Shown here in pieces: positions 59,768 to 64,000 of a stretch of DNA of 64,000 nucleotides. Position numbers and translations under genes: made by a program. The stretch comes from Squalus acanthias (Eukaryota), in the NCBI GenBank assembly GCA_030390025.1, contig CM059432.1, positions 54,562,001-54,626,000 of the forward strand, written 5' to 3'. The stretch's first letter is position 1, and the number at the start of each line of letters is the position of its first letter. Below the pieces are notes generated by a model. That model was not told the DNA's origin and made no database searches. It worked only from the letters and a program-made list of their open reading frames with translations.

Positions 59768-62700
59768 GGGGGAGAAATTCAAATGATTAGTGCCTTCCAT
59801 TAGCACCTGACGGGGGCGCTAATGGGGCACTAATGAAATAGTGCTGGGGCGAGGCGAATCCAGCGCCACACGCCAAATCCAGTCATCCCTTAGCGCAGCC
59901 GCTAACAGTTAGCACCTGGGGCTGGATGACGGGCAGCGACAAGGGCAATGGCAGAGTGCCAGTGGTGGGAGCAGGAATGCTGTCATCCTGAGAGAGGACA
60001 GCAGTTTCCTGCTCCACTGACCCACTGCCACTCGCCCGGGGTAGCACCTCAGCATCACTAGCAATCTGCTGGAGCAAAGATTGCTGGCCTGCTGCGACAC
60101 CATGAAAGTCGGTAGTAGACCCAGCCATGATGGCAGCAGTCAGAGCTTGCGTGGCATTAAGCTGAGGCTGCATGAGAGCAGTCTGGGAATCGATGGCACC
60201 AAGCATAGCCTGCTTTACAGTGCTAAGACGTTGCGTGGCTTCCGCGTGTGCTGCAATGGAAGCTGCGACATCACCCATCACACGTGGCATGAGGTCTGGG
60301 TCACCACGGTCTCTCTGGGAGTCTACCATCCTTTGCAGACTGCAAATGATGGGATCCATTCCCCCCTCATTCTTCTGAACTCCAGAGGATACAAGTTCAG
60401 TTGACCCAATCTTTCTTGATATGTCAGTCCGGCCATCCCAGGAATCAATCTAGTGAACCTTCGCTGCACTCCCTCAATAGCAAGAATGTCCTTCCTTAAG
60501 TTAGGAGACCAAAACTGCGCACAATACTCCAGGTGTGGCCTCACCAAGGCCCTGTACAACTGCAGCATCACCTCCCTACTCCTGTACTCAAATCCCCTTA
60601 CTATGAAGGCCATCATTCCGTTTGCTTTCTTGACTGCCTGCTGCACTTGCATTCCCACCTTCAATGACTGATGTACCATGATGCCCAGGTCTCGTTGCAC
60701 CTCCCCTTTCCCTAATCTGCCACCATTCAGGTAATAGTCCGCCTCTCTATTTTTACCACCAAAGTGGATAACCTCACATTTATCCACATTGTACTTCATC
60801 TGCCATACATTTGCCCATTCACCCAACCTGTCCAAGTCACTCTGTAGCCTCCTAGCATCCTCCTCATTGTTCACACTGCCTCCCAATTTAGTGTCATCCG
60901 CAAATTTGGAGATATTACATTTAATCCCTTCGTCCAAATCATTAATATATAATGTAAACAGCTGGGGTCCCAGCACCGAACCCTGTGGTACCCCGCTGGT
61001 CACTGCCTGCCATTCTGAAAAGTACCCATTTACTCCTACTCTTTGTTTCCTGTGTGCCAACCAGTTCTCAATCCACGTCAACACATTACCCCCAATCCCA
61101 TGTGCTTTAACTTTGCTCACCAATCTCTTGTGTGGAACCTTGTCGAAGGCCTTCTGAAAGTCCAAATACACCACATCTACTGGTTCCCCCCTGTCCACCC
61201 TATTGGAAACATCCTCAAAAAATTCCAGAAGATTTGTCAAGCATGATTTCCCTTTCACAAATCCATGCTGACTTGGACCTATCATGTCGCCACTTTCCAA
61301 ATGGTCTGTTATGACATCTTTAATAATTGCTTCCATCATTTTACCCACAACCGATGTCAGGTGTGCGCAGAGCTCTGTGCAATGTTGGAGGTGGACTCCT
61401 CCATGCTCTTTACCATTTCCGAGATGCTCTCGGGCATGCTTGTCATTGCACCTATCATTTCCGTGTGCATGCCTACCACCCTTCTTCTAAACGCCCCCCC
61501 ATCGAGGTGCAGCAGAACTCGCGCACGAACTCGCCTTCTGGGGAGCTGACTCCTGAGCTACCCTTTCCCCCTGGTCTTGCTGCAGCCTACTCGTCCCCGG
61601 TGCCTCACCCTGTGAAGATCCTGCTACTATACTAGCCTCTAAAGAACACGTAGTGCCAGTATCTGAGCTGGTGGCTGCGGGTGAGAGATGCAGTGACATG
61701 GTGTGTTCTTCCTCCTCCTCTTCTCCCGCATCGTTCACAATGGTGCCCTCAGGGTCAGGCTGCTCAGGTGCTTGCTCATTATCTGAAAGCATCAAGGCAC
61801 AGAAGTCAGGTTAAGGTGAGGGGAGGGGGGCAGGAAGGGAGAAATGCATGCATACAGCATGATTAGCCGGAAGGTGAAAAACGTTTGTGGGGTGAGGGGG
61901 AAGTGGGATGAACACACCGTTGTTGTCCCCAAGGGGGTCAATGTTGCCGGTGGCCACGTCACCCACCACCTGGCACCCAAAAATCTGCAGCACTCTATTC
62001 TCCAGTGCAGACAGTGGTTGGATGTCAGCTTGTCCCCCGCCTGTGCGCTCCTGCTCCCTCCTGTTGTGAGCCACCTTGGCCTGCAAGAGAAATTAAAGTG
62101 TGTGAGTGAGTATGGAGCAATGTGTTTGGGTGATGAGCCTGCCATAGTTGAATAGCTGTCATTGTATGTGAGGAGTGAGATGTGGGTGTGAGTGTTGGTA
62201 GGTAGAGATTGTTGGTGGTGCTTTGGGCAGTGTGTGAAGACTGTGGTTCAGATGGTGGTATGTTGCATTTGTTGAAGCATTCACTCAACCTGACCACACA
62301 AGCGAGGTCATTAAATTTCTTCCTGCACTGTGTGTGGGCCTTGGGGACCACAGTGCTGCCCTAGATGTGCTGCGCTACCTCCCTCCACATGGTGCGGAAG
62401 ACTTGAGGCGAGGGCCTCCTGCCACTTGCCGGGTAGAGCACCACACTCCATCTCTCCACAGCGAACACCAGCTTGATCGCTGAATCTGTGGCTCTCTCCC
62501 TGGGGCATGGATCTGCCAGAGTACAGCTGCTTCATTCCTCCGGCTACTTCTCCTTGACCTGCTGTTGCTTGCTGAGGCAGCTGCACAGCCAGCAATGCTG
62601 AGAATGAGGTTCTGCAGCATCAATGAACCTCCCCTTTAAGAACTGGAAAAAGCCTGTGGCAATAATGACTTGCGATTAGACTGCACCTGATATTGGTCCA

Positions 62701-62862
62701 CCTTTTGAGATTGGGCTTAAAGACTTGAATTAGTGCTCCAATCATTTCTTTGAGCAGTGAGAATGAATTTTGCATGCAGTCTAAAGCATTAGCGCCTCGC
62801 GCTAATTCTTCAACTTTTCTAATTATACTGCCCATTCCTGGGCTATAATGAATTTCTAGCCC
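59768..62862 (-). mobile_element. Myb-only Harbinger derivative of the 41797-46689 family
   Basis: Termini GGGGGAGAAATTCA / TGAATTTCTAGCCC; the left terminus joins directly to Myb exon 3 near 59912; degraded 3-exon Myb gene at ~62510-59912. Confidence 0.82.
60360..61361 (-). mobile_element. Internal CR1 RT fragment without 3' tail
   Basis: Open frame LTSVVGKMME...QHGFVKGKSC...FADDTKL...LEFRRMRG; both junctions rejoin Myb exon 3 (compare 44351-44380). Confidence 0.9.
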
Positions 62863-63744
62863 CTTGTTTCTCCTTTCTAATGCTACATCCTGGTGCCCAT
62901 GAATGTGACTGATTTTTTTTTAACAGAGTAATTGATGCATAAGGTACCCCCACCATATGTCCCTCTCTCTCTCTCTCTCATCTAAAGCAACAACTACCAA
63001 GGTATTAGCCTATGGAACCTGAACAAAACTCACCAAGTCTCCCTTACCGCAACAAGGGGGCTGCCCCCATTCAAAGTAGTATCCACAACATGGTTAGGAC
63101 TGGAAACCTCCTTTTAGCCAAGGTAAGGCCTGTTTTTTTATATGCAGAGTTAGCAGTAGTGCAAGTGGGTTTAGTTATATTCCCAAAAATTGAATTTTTC
63201 CCTTATGTAGAAATTTAAAAAGAGAACATAGACTCGCTATAAATTACTGCAGTTCTAGAAAATAATGGATTTGGTTATGTGCATATTTTACTTAAATGTC
63301 AGCTGCTAGGTTAAATTTTTATAGCTATGAGGAAGGCCAGTAATGAGAATAGTTCTTGTTTGAAGTAAATAATCTGAAGGTTATTGTTTGCTTTCTTTGA
63401 ATGTCTCCAATTTTAATGCAGCATTGGGATTAATCATGCAAATCAGATCAACCGAATCAAGAATTAGATGCTGTAAATGAACCGATCTCTGATAACGTGT
63501 GTGACTTCTGTTAATTGTTTCTATCTATGTGAAACATCCATGGGGTATTAATATGATGGGTTTTGAAAGATAAACTATGAAACTTTTATGATTTTTTTTA
63601 GTTTATATTATACTATTCACAAACAATTTTTAGGAAGCGTGGGGGGGATATTTTGCTTGTTAATGTGAGGTATGTTAGAGAATAGAACATCTTTGTACTT
63701 TTTCCTCAAAAGTACTACCTAGCTGTATTTGCAAACCCTTTACA

Positions 63745-64000
63745 GGGTCAGCTTGCCTCAGTTGGTAACAGCCTCATCTCTGAGTCATACAGTTATGATT
63801 TAAGCCATACTCCAGGATTTGAGTATATATTCTGGACTAGCATTCCAGTGCAGTACTGAGGAAGTGCTGCATTGTCAGAGGTGCTGTCTTTTGGCAGAGA
63901 CATTAGCTTGTTCAGGTGGACATAAAAAATCCCTCAATGTCCTGATCAACATTGCTTCCTGAACCAACATCACCAAAAGCAGATTAATTGGTTGTTCTCA
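63745..64000 (+). mobile_element. Deu-domain type SINE, running off the window end
   Basis: A-box-like GCCTCAGTTGGT; CAGTGCAGTACTGAGGAAGTGCTGCATTGTCAGAGGTGC core; similar to the reverse complement of 24990-25415. Confidence 0.65.

Noticed and set aside
60323..61490. In-frame Myb-RT fusion protein
   Set aside because: The Myb frame reaches TGA immediately after the 5' junction, and the 3' junction is also out of frame

Overview
Eukaryotic, repeat-dominated window. The repeat repertoire (CR1 and L2 LINEs, Penelope-like elements, Deu-domain SINEs, many PIF/Harbinger DNA transposons) suggests a cartilaginous fish such as a shark; this is inferred from family resemblance, not from a search. No intact host gene could be identified, only a few low-confidence exon candidates. 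The dominant system is a nested cluster of PIF/Harbinger elements. It includes three near-complete two-gene copies with a DDE transposase and a convergent 3-exon Myb/SANT-like gene (12375-16587, 41797-46689, 50379-54661), several Myb-only derivatives, an inverted Myb-Myb composite (16950-21155), and about a dozen MITEs, many with 3-bp TSDs. The most unusual signals are: (1) ~750-bp MITEs from diverged families that keep hairpins at the same positions with different sequences, plus promoter-like motifs and clustered splice donors; (2) minimal hammerhead ribozyme motifs in Penelope termini, one split by a MITE at its cleavage site; (3) a tail-less 1-kb CR1 RT fragment captured inside a Harbinger element. 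Coordinates given with TSD/TIR evidence were read base by base; the others are approximate.
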